From positions 27,191-91,190 of IMG/VR virus record IMGVR_UViG_3300032236_000803: 64,000 bases of DNA; one strand, written 5' to 3'. The notes under the pieces were generated by a model that saw only the letters and a list, made by a program, of their open reading frames with translations, was not told the origin of the DNA and ran no database searches. This stretch comes from a virus. Each line of letters starts with the position of its first letter. Positions within the stretch are counted from its first letter, which is position 1. A program made the position numbers and the translations under genes. Positions 40,316-50,476 of this stretch are shown piece by piece.

Positions 40316-43300
40316 ATGCCTAGTAATTTTGGACCATATCAACCATATACTGGATTTAATACCGCATATCAGACTAATACTTTATGGACATGTGGATATA
40401 ACAGTTCTGGTCAATTAGGTAATGGAAATATTGTAAACTATTCTTCGCCAATTCAGGTTGGAGCATTAACTAATTGGACTCAAGTCGTTGGAGGACTACT
40501 CCAGACAGCAGCAATTAAAACTGACGGTACTTTATGGACATGGGGAAATAATAGTTATGGAGCATTAGGTAATGGAACGGTAAATATAAATTATTCATCA
40601 CCAATCCAAGTAGGCGCTTTAACCAATTGGAAACAGGTTGCTGTAGGAGATTATGCTACAGCAGCAATTAAAACAGATGGCACTTTATGGACATGGGGAC
40701 AGAATAATTTCGGACAATTGGGTAATGGAACGGTAAATATAAATTATTCTTCACCAATTCAAGTAGGCACATTAACCAATTGGAAACAAGTTGCTTTCGG
40801 AGATTATCATGTATCAGCAATTAAAACAGACGGCACTTTATGGACATGCGGATATAATACTTATGGTCAATTAGGTAATGGAACAGGAGTATATTATTCC
40901 TCTCCGATTCAAATAGGATCATTAACCAATTGGAAACAAGTCGGTTGCGGGTATGGCCACACCGCATCTATTAAAACCGATGGTACGTTATGGACATGGG
41001 GAAGTAATGGTAGTGGTCAATTAGGAACAATTTCGGTTTCATTTAACACTAATAACTCATATTCTCCAGTATTGGTTGCAGGAGGGAATACTTGGGCAAC
41101 AACAGACCCAGCTTCGAAAATAAACGTAACCTCAACTTCATTTAGACAATCATATTTCATAGGAAATAACGGTACTTTATGGTCATGTGGATATAATAGG
41201 TACGCGCAATTAGGTAATGGAACAACAACTAATTATTCTTCACCTATTCAAGTAGGAACATTAACTAATTGGAGTCAAATTTCCGGACAATATCACACAG
41301 CAGCAATTAAAACCGATGGTACGTTATGGACATGGGGGGATAATATCGCCGGAGAATTAGGTAATGGAACAACAGCAGGGTATTCCTCTCCAATCCAAGT
41401 AGGAGCATTAACCAATTGGAAACAAGTTGCTTGTGGATTTTATTATACGACAGCAATTAAAACCGATGGAACTTTATGGACATTAGGTTATGGCGGTTAT
41501 GGTTCATTAGGAAATGGAACAACAGCATGGTATTCCTCACCAATTCAAGTAGGATCATTAACTAATTGGAAACAAGTTGCTTGCGGGTATGGCCACACAA
41601 CAGCTATTAAAACCGATGGTACGTTATGGACATGTGGATATAATAATAATGGCCAATTAGGTAATGTAACAACAGCAGGGTATTCCTCTCCAATTCAAGT
41701 TGGTGCATTAACAAATTGGTCTCAGGTTGCTGCTGGATATTATCACACAGCAGCAATTAAAACCGATGGTACTTTATGGACATGGGGAAATAATAGTTAT
41801 GGAGCATTAGGTAATGGAACCAATATTAATTATTCTTCCCCAATCCAAGTAGGCGCTTTAACCAATTGGAAACAAGTTGCTTGTGGACAATACCAAATAG
41901 CAGCAATTAAAACCGATGGTACTTTATGGATGTGCGGATACAATACGGGTAATGGAACCAATATTAATTATTCTTCTCCAATACAAGTAGGCGCTTTAAC
42001 CAATTGGAAACAAGTTGCTTGTGGACAATGGCATACTTATGCTGTTTATGGGGATGGAACGGTATGGTCATGGGGCGATAATTCATATGGAGGGCTAGGC
42101 GCAGCGACATTAGGTAACAACAACACAAGTTCTCCAACCCAAGTAGGTACATTAACCAATTGGACTCAAGTTGCTTGTAGAGGATATCACACAACAGCAG
42201 TCAAAACAGATGGTACTTTATGGGCTTGTGGAAATAATAATTATGGCCAATTAGGTAATGGAACAACAACATTATATTCTTCTCCAATACAAGTAGGCGC
42301 TTTAACTAATTGGATTCAGGTAGCAACAAATCAATACCTCACTTCGGCAATTAAAACTGATGGTACTTTATGGAGATGGGGAGGAAATTTATGGGGAGAC
42401 TTAGGTAATCAGACAACTATAAATTATTCCTCACCAATCCAAGTAGGATCATTAACTAATTGGACTCAAGTTACCAATGTTGCAGCAATTCAAACTACCA
42501 ATTACAACCAAGATTTGGGTCAAAGATATACCACTAAATCATATTTACTTGATGTTTATCCTAATATTGCAAGTCAGATAGGCAATAGAACAAGTCCGGG
42601 ATTGTTTACGTGGGGAAATGATGCGTATGGACAATTAGGTAACGGAACAACCGTATCTTATTCATCACCTATTCAAGTAGGATCATTAACCAATTGGAAA
42701 CAAGTTGGGTGCGGCAGAACAAACTTTATATATTTTACCGCAGCAATTAAAACTGATGGTACTTTATGGACTTGTGGATATAACAGTAAAGGACAATTAG
42801 GTAATGGAACATCGATAAAATACTCTTCCCCAGTTCAAGTAGGAGCATTAACCAATTGGAAACAAGTTGATTGTGGACCATCTGTCGCAGCAATTAAAAC
42901 TGATGGTACTCTATGGACATGGGGACAGAATACAAATGGAGCAATAGGAAATGGTTCAAACAATGTTGCATATTCCTCACCAATTCAAGTAGGAGCACTA
43001 ACCAATTGGAAACAGGTGACTTGTGGCCAAGGCTATACAGCAGCAATCAAAACCGATGGTACTTTATGGACTTGGGGAAATAATCAATTTGGTACATTAG
43101 GAAATGCAACAACTGTATCTTATTCTTCACCAATTCAAGTAGGATCATTAACCAATTGGAAACAGGTTTCGGCTGGACAACATATAGCAGCAGTTAAAAC
43201 TGATGGTACTCTATGGACTTGTGGATATAACGGTAAAGGACAATTAGGTAATGGAACAACAATAAATTACTCTTCTCCAATCCAAGTAGGAGCATTAACA

Positions 43301-43663
43301 AATTGGAGTCAAGTTGCTTGTGGATATAGACATACATTATCAATTAAGACCGATGGCACTTTATGGACATGGGGGAATAATGCCGCAGGAGGGTTAGGTA
43401 ATGGAAAAACTACCGATTACTCCTCGCCAATCCAAATAGGTTCATTAACGAATTGGAAAAGGGTTTCTGGAGGAATATATCATTCATTATCAATCAAAAC
43501 CGATGGTACTTTATGGACATGGGGCGACAATTCACAAGGACAATTGGGCAATTCGTCAATAACGCAATCCAATTCACCTATACAGATAGGAACTCTAACT
43601 ACATGGAAACAAGTTGCTTGCGGATATAGATTCTCATCAGCAATTTCAGACGGATACATTTAA
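40316..43663 (+). CDS. RCC1 repeat protein (21 repeats, three propellers)
   Basis: Counted 14 repeats, a linker, then 7 repeats. GAGG SD. Confidence 0.9.
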   Translation: MPSNFGPYQPYTGFNTAYQTNTLWTCGYNSSGQLGNGNIVNYSSPIQVGALTNWTQVVGGLLQTAAIKTDGTLWTWGNNSYGALGNGTVNINYSSPIQVGALTNWKQVAVGDYATAAIKTDGTLWTWGQNNFGQLGNGTVNINYSSPIQVGTLTNWKQVAFGDYHVSAIKTDGTLWTCGYNTYGQLGNGTGVYYSSPIQIGSLTNWKQVGCGYGHTASIKTDGTLWTWGSNGSGQLGTISVSFNTNNSYSPVLVAGGNTWATTDPASKINVTSTSFRQSYFIGNNGTLWSCGYNRYAQLGNGTTTNYSSPIQVGTLTNWSQISGQYHTAAIKTDGTLWTWGDNIAGELGNGTTAGYSSPIQVGALTNWKQVACGFYYTTAIKTDGTLWTLGYGGYGSLGNGTTAWYSSPIQVGSLTNWKQVACGYGHTTAIKTDGTLWTCGYNNNGQLGNVTTAGYSSPIQVGALTNWSQVAAGYYHTAAIKTDGTLWTWGNNSYGALGNGTNINYSSPIQVGALTNWKQVACGQYQIAAIKTDGTLWMCGYNTGNGTNINYSSPIQVGALTNWKQVACGQWHTYAVYGDGTVWSWGDNSYGGLGAATLGNNNTSSPTQVGTLTNWTQVACRGYHTTAVKTDGTLWACGNNNYGQLGNGTTTLYSSPIQVGALTNWIQVATNQYLTSAIKTDGTLWRWGGNLWGDLGNQTTINYSSPIQVGSLTNWTQVTNVAAIQTTNYNQDLGQRYTTKSYLLDVYPNIASQIGNRTSPGLFTWGNDAYGQLGNGTTVSYSSPIQVGSLTNWKQVGCGRTNFIYFTAAIKTDGTLWTCGYNSKGQLGNGTSIKYSSPVQVGALTNWKQVDCGPSVAAIKTDGTLWTWGQNTNGAIGNGSNNVAYSSPIQVGALTNWKQVTCGQGYTAAIKTDGTLWTWGNNQFGTLGNATTVSYSSPIQVGSLTNWKQVSAGQHIAAVKTDGTLWTCGYNGKGQLGNGTTINYSSPIQVGALTNWSQVACGYRHTLSIKTDGTLWTWGNNAAGGLGNGKTTDYSSPIQIGSLTNWKRVSGGIYHSLSIKTDGTLWTWGDNSQGQLGNSSITQSNSPIQIGTLTTWKQVACGYRFSSAISDGYI

Positions 43664-43667
43664 AAAC

Positions 43668-44174
43668 ATGAAAAACATTATAATTTGCGACTCTTTTTAT
43701 TCTGATATTGATTCTTTATATAATATCATTTCTACAATGGAATTTGAACAGAATTTATATGGAGAAGAAATCAAAGACTTCTCATATATTCCAGAACCAT
43801 TAACTAATATGTTCAAATCCATTCTACTTGAACCTGTAGAAATTCAACCCAATTCTGGAGTATTCAGAAAACCAAATTCTGGTGTTCTATTTGAGAATTT
43901 CTACCAACACGCATTATGGAAATGTATTGTAGCTCTTGAAGATACCACATTACATATTCATGAACAGGAAAATGTTAAGACTTTCTTTAACGTAGAGAAT
44001 GTTGAAGATTTTGTATTGAATAATTCATTTGATAAATCTAAATGGACTACGGTTAATTCGATAAATATTAAGAAAAATGACTTTGTTTTCATAAGACCTT
44101 GGTTTTGGCATTCTATGGAAGAAAATAAGTTAATACAAGTATTTCTATTAAATCAGGAAATTAAGGAAGAATAA
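43668..44174 (+). CDS. Hypothetical protein, possibly a degenerate DUF6445/2OG-oxygenase-fold protein
   Basis: IIICDSFYSD start and late FIRPWFWHS motif. ATG at 43668 follows the upstream stop and is preferred over 43614. Confidence 0.5.
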   Translation: MKNIIICDSFYSDIDSLYNIISTMEFEQNLYGEEIKDFSYIPEPLTNMFKSILLEPVEIQPNSGVFRKPNSGVLFENFYQHALWKCIVALEDTTLHIHEQENVKTFFNVENVEDFVLNNSFDKSKWTTVNSINIKKNDFVFIRPWFWHSMEENKLIQVFLLNQEIKEE

Positions 44175-47119
44175 TGGCATCTCCATCTGGTTATAAGTTT
44201 CCAATATTACAATCCGCTTTGTTTGGTACAAATTCTGCGGTGTTTAGTAATAGTGATCTTAATTTCCCAGGAACCTATTTTCATTTAACGGGACAGCCTC
44301 AGTTTACAATTGAATGTTTTATAAACTTTACAGGATATCCTTCTTCTTACGGTAATGGTTATGCGGCTTGTATATTTTCGACAGAAAGTATATCTGGCGG
44401 AGCTGGACTTTATCTCGGAACATTAGGCACTGCATCTTCGTATACTGGAATGCAACTGTATTTGAATAATGGAACTATTAATCTTAATATGACGTATGCG
44501 TTTGCGATTAATACTTGGTATCATATTGCATTAGTAAGAGATGTCGGAGGCGTATTTAATTTTTATGTAAATGGTGTTAGTATAGGAACAACAACCAACA
44601 CAACAACATGGACAGACAATTCACCATATTGGATAGGCCAAAACGCAAATAATGGTGGATCTCATGATTATATGGTCGGATACATCAGTAATTTTAGAAT
44701 AACAACAACTGCTGTATATACCAGTACATTCTCCCCGCCTGTCGCTCCGTTAACAGCAATAGCAGGAACTCAAATATTAACTTGCCAAGATACAACTGCT
44801 ATAGATCGAGGACCGAATAATATAACAATAACAAATGATGGTACAACATTTTCGGCAGTAACTGTCGCATCACCGACTTTTGTAGCATCATCAACTATCG
44901 TTGATATGGCAGATATGTTTGTTCGTAAGGAATTGTTTTTAAATGCTGGCTTATGGGAATGGGGATATAATGGATATGGTCAATTAGGTAATGGAACAAC
45001 AATAAATTACTCTTCTCCAATCCAAGTAGGAGCATTAACAAATTGGAAACAAGTAGCAGCTGGACAAGGTCACACAGCATCTATTAAAACTGATGGTACT
45101 TTATGGACATGTGGATATAACGGAAATGGTCAATTAGGTAATGGAACAGGAGTATATTATTCCTCTCCGATTCAAGTAGGTTCATTAACCAATTGGAGAC
45201 AAGTGGCATGTGGATATTCACAGACAGCAGCAATCAAAACTGATGGTACTTTATGGACGTGGGGATATAATAATCTAGGACAATTAGGTAATGGAAACAC
45301 CACCAATTATTCCTCACCAATCCAAGTAGGCGCTTTAACCAATTGGAAACAGGTTGCTGTAGGAGATTATGCTACAGCAGCAATTAAAACTGATGGTACT
45401 TTATGGACATGGGGATGGAATAATTATGGACAATTGGGTAATGGAACAGTAAATATAAATTATTCCTCACCAATCCAAGTAGGCACATTAACCAATTGGA
45501 AACAAGTAGCATCTGGACAATATCACACAGTAGCAATTAAAACTGATGGCACCCTATGGGGATGTGGATATAATTCTTATGGTCAATTAGCTTACACATC
45601 TGTGAATTTTGGAAATTTATATCAATCTTCGCCTGTACAGGTAGCGGGAGGAAACGTTTGGTCAACAGTTGATCCAAATACACAATTATTAACCATTGGT
45701 GGCGGTTACCATAAGGCAGCAATTCAATCCAATGGTACTTTATGGACGTGTGGTTATAATAGTGCCGGACAATTAGGTAATGGAACATCATTAATAAATT
45801 ATTCCTCACCAATCCAAGTAGGATCATTAACTAATTGGAAACAAGTTGCATGTGGATATTTACATACAGCAGCAATCAAAACTGATGGTACATTATGGGC
45901 TTGGGGATGGAATACTTTTGGTCAATTAGGTAATGGAACAAACGGAAATAATTACTCTTCTCCAATCCAAGTAGGTGCATTAACCAATTGGAAACAAGTA
46001 GCATGTGGATATTTACAGACAGCAGCAATCAAAACTGATGGTACTTTATGGACATGTGGATATAATGCTAATGGTCAACTAGGTAATGGAAACACCACCA
46101 ATTATTCCTCACCAATCCAAGTAGGATCACTAACTAATTGGAAACAGGTTGCTGGAGGATTAAGTCATACAGCAGCAATTAAGACTGATGGTACATTATG
46201 GGCATGTGGATATAATGGCCAAGGGCAATTAGGTAATGGAACAACAACACCATATTCCTCACCAATCCAAGTTGGTGCATTAACAAACTGGAAACAAGTA
46301 GCATCTGGACAATATCACACAGTAGCAATTAAAACTGATGGCACCCTATGGGGATGTGGATATAATTATGATGGTCAATTGGGTAATGGAACTGTAACTA
46401 ATTATTCCTCACCAATCCAAGTAGGAACATTAACCAATTGGAAACAAGTAGCAGCTGGACAAGGTTGCACAGTAGCAGTTAAAACTGATGGCACCCTATG
46501 GGCTTGGGGCGGAAACTACGACGGACAATTGGGTAATGGAACTGTAACTAATTATTCCTCGCCAATTCAAGTAGGATCGTTAACTAATTGGACACAAGTT
46601 GCTTCTTGCGGCGGCCATGCAGGTACGACAATTGTTGCTTATAACAATACGGGAAATTTATGGTCGTGGGGAAGTAATATTTATGGGCAATTGGGCGCAG
46701 CGGTATTAGGAAATTATAATCAATCTTCTCCAATCCAAGTGGGTACATTAACAAATTGGAAACAGGTTGCTGGTCGATCAAATAATACAGCAGCAATCAA
46801 AACTGATGGTACATTATGGACATGGGGATTTAATCCAAATGGTCAATTGGGTAATGGAACAGTAAATATAAATTATTCCTCTCCAATTCAAGTAGGATCA
46901 TTAACCAATTGGAAACAGGTTGCTAGTGGACAAGCGTATATAGCAGCAATTAAGACTGATGGTACATTATGGGCTTGGGGATATAATGGCCAAGGGCAAT
47001 TAGGTAATGGAACAACAACACCATATTCCTCACCAATCCAAGTTGGTGCATTAACAAACTGGAAACAAGTCGTTGCAATCAATCATACCTTAGCAATATC
47101 CTCACCAGACCTTCCATAA
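44174..47119 (+). CDS. LamG/ConA-like lectin domain plus RCC1 repeat protein (14 repeats)
   Basis: FTIECFI...NTWYHIALVR...FYVNG...GYISNFRIT LamG-3 motif followed by 14 RCC1 repeats. AAGGAAG SD. Confidence 0.9.
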   Translation: MASPSGYKFPILQSALFGTNSAVFSNSDLNFPGTYFHLTGQPQFTIECFINFTGYPSSYGNGYAACIFSTESISGGAGLYLGTLGTASSYTGMQLYLNNGTINLNMTYAFAINTWYHIALVRDVGGVFNFYVNGVSIGTTTNTTTWTDNSPYWIGQNANNGGSHDYMVGYISNFRITTTAVYTSTFSPPVAPLTAIAGTQILTCQDTTAIDRGPNNITITNDGTTFSAVTVASPTFVASSTIVDMADMFVRKELFLNAGLWEWGYNGYGQLGNGTTINYSSPIQVGALTNWKQVAAGQGHTASIKTDGTLWTCGYNGNGQLGNGTGVYYSSPIQVGSLTNWRQVACGYSQTAAIKTDGTLWTWGYNNLGQLGNGNTTNYSSPIQVGALTNWKQVAVGDYATAAIKTDGTLWTWGWNNYGQLGNGTVNINYSSPIQVGTLTNWKQVASGQYHTVAIKTDGTLWGCGYNSYGQLAYTSVNFGNLYQSSPVQVAGGNVWSTVDPNTQLLTIGGGYHKAAIQSNGTLWTCGYNSAGQLGNGTSLINYSSPIQVGSLTNWKQVACGYLHTAAIKTDGTLWAWGWNTFGQLGNGTNGNNYSSPIQVGALTNWKQVACGYLQTAAIKTDGTLWTCGYNANGQLGNGNTTNYSSPIQVGSLTNWKQVAGGLSHTAAIKTDGTLWACGYNGQGQLGNGTTTPYSSPIQVGALTNWKQVASGQYHTVAIKTDGTLWGCGYNYDGQLGNGTVTNYSSPIQVGTLTNWKQVAAGQGCTVAVKTDGTLWAWGGNYDGQLGNGTVTNYSSPIQVGSLTNWTQVASCGGHAGTTIVAYNNTGNLWSWGSNIYGQLGAAVLGNYNQSSPIQVGTLTNWKQVAGRSNNTAAIKTDGTLWTWGFNPNGQLGNGTVNINYSSPIQVGSLTNWKQVASGQAYIAAIKTDGTLWAWGYNGQGQLGNGTTTPYSSPIQVGALTNWKQVVAINHTLAISSPDLP

Positions 47120-47166
47120 AACAAGACTATATACTATTGTTATGAACATATTATTAGGAGTTTGCA

Positions 47167-47940
47167 ATGAAAAAATATCATTTTATCGGTGGTCTTCCTA
47201 GAAGCGGGACCACCCTTCTTTCTACTATCCTCAAACAAAATCCAAAGTTTGAGGCTTCAATTTCTGGTCCTTTAGCCAGATTCACCAGAGCAATTATTCA
47301 AGAATCCTCTTCTCAAGGCGGATATCGTTTTGAATGTCCTCCAGAAAAACGTAAGAATCTTATCAACGGATTGTTTGAAAATTATTATGATGATCCAACA
47401 AAAGAAGTTGCGTTTAACACCAACAGAGGTTGGGGATTATTACTCCCAACCGTCAAAGATTTATATCCTGACTCAAAGTTGATTCTTTGCGTTCGTGATA
47501 TTTCTCAAATTTTAAATTCATTTGAGTGGTTATTAAGAAAACAACCTTATGTTTTTTCTTCCATGTTTTCTCCGGAAGAAAATACCAACGTTTATACTCG
47601 TTGCGAAACATTGATGAATCCAGGAAGAACTCTAGGATTTGCTTATAATGCAGTAAAACAGGCAATTACATCAGAACACAAATCATCTATTATGATTATC
47701 GAATACGATAAACTAGCCAAGAATCCAGAATTTATGATGAAAACTCTGTATAACTTTATTGGCGAACCATATTTTGAACATGATTTTAATAGCGTAGAAG
47801 CATCTTACACCGATTTTGATGAAGACGTTCAAATTGAAAATTTACATACTACCAGAAAAAAAGTAGAATTCAAACCGCAAGAAATGATTATTCCTCCAGA
47901 TATTCTTCAAATGGTGAAAAATATGGAAGTTTGGCGTTAA
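47167..47940 (+). CDS. PAPS-dependent sulfotransferase family protein
   Basis: 5'-PSB loop [10 protein letters not shown] and 3'-PB motif [18 protein letters not shown]. Confidence 0.85.
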   Translation: MKKYHFIGGLPRSGTTLLSTILKQNPKFEASISGPLARFTRAIIQESSSQGGYRFECPPEKRKNLINGLFENYYDDPTKEVAFNTNRGWGLLLPTVKDLYPDSKLILCVRDISQILNSFEWLLRKQPYVFSSMFSPEENTNVYTRCETLMNPGRTLGFAYNAVKQAITSEHKSSIMIIEYDKLAKNPEFMMKTLYNFIGEPYFEHDFNSVEASYTDFDEDVQIENLHTTRKKVEFKPQEMIIPPDILQMVKNMEVWR

Positions 47941-47941
47941 T

Positions 47942-48637
47942 ATGAATTCTTTTTACATTTATGCTTATCTGAGAAAAGACGGAACACCATATTATATAGG
48001 AAAAGGAAAAGATAATAGAATCAAAAAACGACACAGAATTTCTATACCTAAAGATGACAATAAAATAGTGATAATGGAAAATAATTTAACAGAACTTGGA
48101 GCATTCGCATTAGAAAGAAGATACATTCGTTGGTACGGAAGAAAAGATAATGGTACAGGAATATTAAGAAACCTTACTGATGGAGGAGAAGGTACTATTA
48201 ATATATCCGAAAAGACAAAAATTAAAATATCTTTATCCAAAAAAGGCATGGTTGCTTGTAAAGACGAATTCGGTAATAATTTTTTAATTTCAAAAGAAGA
48301 ATTTGATTCAAATGAAAAATTAATAGGAATAACTAAAAACGAGAAAAAAACGGAATCATCTAAAACAAAATTATCAGAAGTTCGTAAAAATTTAGTTTCT
48401 TGTAAAGATATTGATGGTAATATTTTCGTAATACCAAAAGAAGAATTTGATTCAAACCCAAACTTGGTAGGAATAAACAAAGGAATTAAATTTTCAAAAG
48501 AAAGTAATTTAAAAAAATCAATAGCATCAAAAGGAATACCTAAAGGAAAACAAAAAATAGTAACTTGCGACAAATGCGGAAAATCTGGAGGAATTTCAAA
48601 CATGAAAAGACACCATTTTGAGAATTGTAAATCATGA
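47942..48637 (+). CDS. GIY-YIG-type free-standing homing endonuclease
   Basis: FYIYAYLR...[24 protein letters not shown], Lys-rich NUMOD-like repeats and C-terminal CxxCGK...RHHFENC. Confidence 0.8.
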   Translation: MNSFYIYAYLRKDGTPYYIGKGKDNRIKKRHRISIPKDDNKIVIMENNLTELGAFALERRYIRWYGRKDNGTGILRNLTDGGEGTINISEKTKIKISLSKKGMVACKDEFGNNFLISKEEFDSNEKLIGITKNEKKTESSKTKLSEVRKNLVSCKDIDGNIFVIPKEEFDSNPNLVGINKGIKFSKESNLKKSIASKGIPKGKQKIVTCDKCGKSGGISNMKRHHFENCKS

Positions 48638-49362
48638 TTTATAATATAACTAAATCCACATTTGGTACCATGGGTACTAGGTGTGGAGATTTGATTGCTA
48701 TCTGTAATATTATTGAGTATTTGAGAAAAACAAAAAATCCAAATATTCAATTTTATATTCCAAAATCTGTATTAAACCAAGACGATTATATCCATAAGTT
48801 TTATGATTATCTTTGTGAAATTACAGACTACTTTTCCAAAGAAGAAGGGTACTTAGAATTACCTTTCTTTAATGTTTCTGTTTGGGATTTCAGATCAATT
48901 ATTGGTGATCATGTAGTTATTAAAAATCCAATGGATAATATAGATTATAAGGTCGTTGTATTCCCATTGTATGATGCGGAATACAATAACCAAAGGAACT
49001 GGTCTATTGAATGTCTCAATGATATTCTAAATGAGTGCAGAGAAAAATATCCAAATCATCGAAAAATACTTTGTGCAAAAGAACAACCGCCTGAAGGACT
49101 GTTTAATTATGATAGGTTTGAAATATCAACAGATTTCATATCAAATATAAATCATATAACAACTGCAGAAGTATTTTACGGAGGAGATACAGGGGTATCT
49201 CATTTTGCTTCGGTTCTAGACAAGGGTCCAGAATTGAATTATATATATTCAAACAGGTGCTTGATACACACGATACCTTTTTATTGCTTAAGTAAAGGAA
49301 AAGGTAATTTAAAAACATTTTGGTTAGATTTTATGGGTAATGCGACATGGGACTTAAAATAA
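48634..49362 (+). CDS. Putative glycosyltransferase, GT9/RfaF-like (GT-B)
   Basis: N-terminal RCGDLI and C-terminal [12 protein letters not shown] resemble the GT9 GD...DSG..HxA signature. Confidence 0.55.
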   Translation: MIYNITKSTFGTMGTRCGDLIAICNIIEYLRKTKNPNIQFYIPKSVLNQDDYIHKFYDYLCEITDYFSKEEGYLELPFFNVSVWDFRSIIGDHVVIKNPMDNIDYKVVVFPLYDAEYNNQRNWSIECLNDILNECREKYPNHRKILCAKEQPPEGLFNYDRFEISTDFISNINHITTAEVFYGGDTGVSHFASVLDKGPELNYIYSNRCLIHTIPFYCLSKGKGNLKTFWLDFMGNATWDLK

Positions 49363-49940
49363 ATTTAGGCGGCGGTTTAAAGAAATTTGAAGGATTTCTT
49401 AGTTTAGATTATGATGAGCTAGTGAATCCTGATTATGTTGTCAATTTAGATGATGTTAATATTCGTCTACCATTTGACGATAATACAGTAGAAGAAATTA
49501 AAGCGCATCATATTTTTGAACACATTGGTGATGGATTCATCCCATTAATGAAAGAATTATATCGCGTTGCAGAACATGGTTGTATTCTTGACACCATTGT
49601 TCCCCATCATTTCCACGAAGTATATTATGGCGATCCAACGCATAAACGACCAATCACTGTAAATGGTATGTTGATGTTTGGAAAGAAATTCAATAGAGAT
49701 CACATCGCAACGATCAATTCAAGTTCCGGTATGGGATTACAGTTTGATATTGACTTTGATATGATTCATTATGAATTTGAATATGATCAATTCTATGTTC
49801 CTATGTTGGAAGATTTCTTTAAGAGAAAAGACGAAGGTAATGTTACCCCAGAAGAAGATTTCTCTATTCAGAGATTACTCAGAGAAGCAACAAATGTTTG
49901 TATGAATACAAAAATGAAAATGGTTGCGATTAAAGAATAA
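49347..49940 (+). CDS. Class I SAM-dependent methyltransferase-like protein
   Basis: [26 protein letters not shown] and DPTH motifs. Confidence 0.75.
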   Translation: MGLKINLGGGLKKFEGFLSLDYDELVNPDYVVNLDDVNIRLPFDDNTVEEIKAHHIFEHIGDGFIPLMKELYRVAEHGCILDTIVPHHFHEVYYGDPTHKRPITVNGMLMFGKKFNRDHIATINSSSGMGLQFDIDFDMIHYEFEYDQFYVPMLEDFFKRKDEGNVTPEEDFSIQRLLREATNVCMNTKMKMVAIKE

Positions 49941-50476
49941 TGTCTCACAAACAACAAAGAGAATTTATAGAAAGAGTCAGAGGTAATTTTAGTTTCTATT
50001 TTGGCGGTAAGAAAGTTCTTGAGGTTGGTAGTCTTATAATTAATGGTACTATTAGAGATTTCTTTATACAATGCCAATATACTGGAATTGACGTTGGCGA
50101 AGGTTGGGGAGTCGATATTGTTTGTCAAGGACAAGATTATTCAGAACCTGATAATACTTTTGACGTTACTTGTTCTGGAGAGTGTTTTGAACATAATCCT
50201 TATTGGTTAGAAACATTTCAAAATATGATCAGAATGACCAAAAGCGGAGGTTTAATATTCTTCACTTGCGCCACAACAGGAAGAGAAGAACACGGAACTG
50301 CAAGAAATCTCCCAGAAGATTCTTCTTTAACAATAGGTCTAGGTTGGGATTATTATAAAAATTTAACTGAACAAGATTTTAGAGACAACTTGGATTTCGA
50401 TGATTTATTCAGTTATTACGGATTTGAAGTAAATGATGAAGCTCATGATTTATATTTTTGGGGGATTAAGAGATAA
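49940..50476 (+). CDS. Class I SAM-dependent methyltransferase
   Basis: KVLEVGS, YTGID, FDVTCSGECFEH, MIRMTKSGG. Confidence 0.85.
   Translation: MSHKQQREFIERVRGNFSFYFGGKKVLEVGSLIINGTIRDFFIQCQYTGIDVGEGWGVDIVCQGQDYSEPDNTFDVTCSGECFEHNPYWLETFQNMIRMTKSGGLIFFTCATTGREEHGTARNLPEDSSLTIGLGWDYYKNLTEQDFRDNLDFDDLFSYYGFEVNDEAHDLYFWGIKR

Larger units (their letters stand above)
38530..47100 (+). repeat. Dispersed ~150-nt RCC1 coding repeats, 42 units in three genes
   Basis: Near-invariant DNA framework (aaaactgatggtactttatggacatgg / caattaggtaatggaac / ccaattcaagtagg / accaattggaaacaagt). Confidence 0.9.

Noticed and set aside
38530-47100. RCC1 repeats as a CRISPR array or DGR template/variable repeat pair
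   Set aside because: The repeats are in-frame coding units with degenerate framework, the differences are not adenine-specific, and no cas or reverse transcriptase gene is in the window.
47992-48750. 252-aa minus-strand ORF (and similarly 54597-55133)
   Set aside because: Phe/Leu/Ser-rich mirror of Lys/Glu-rich endonuclease genes on the + strand.
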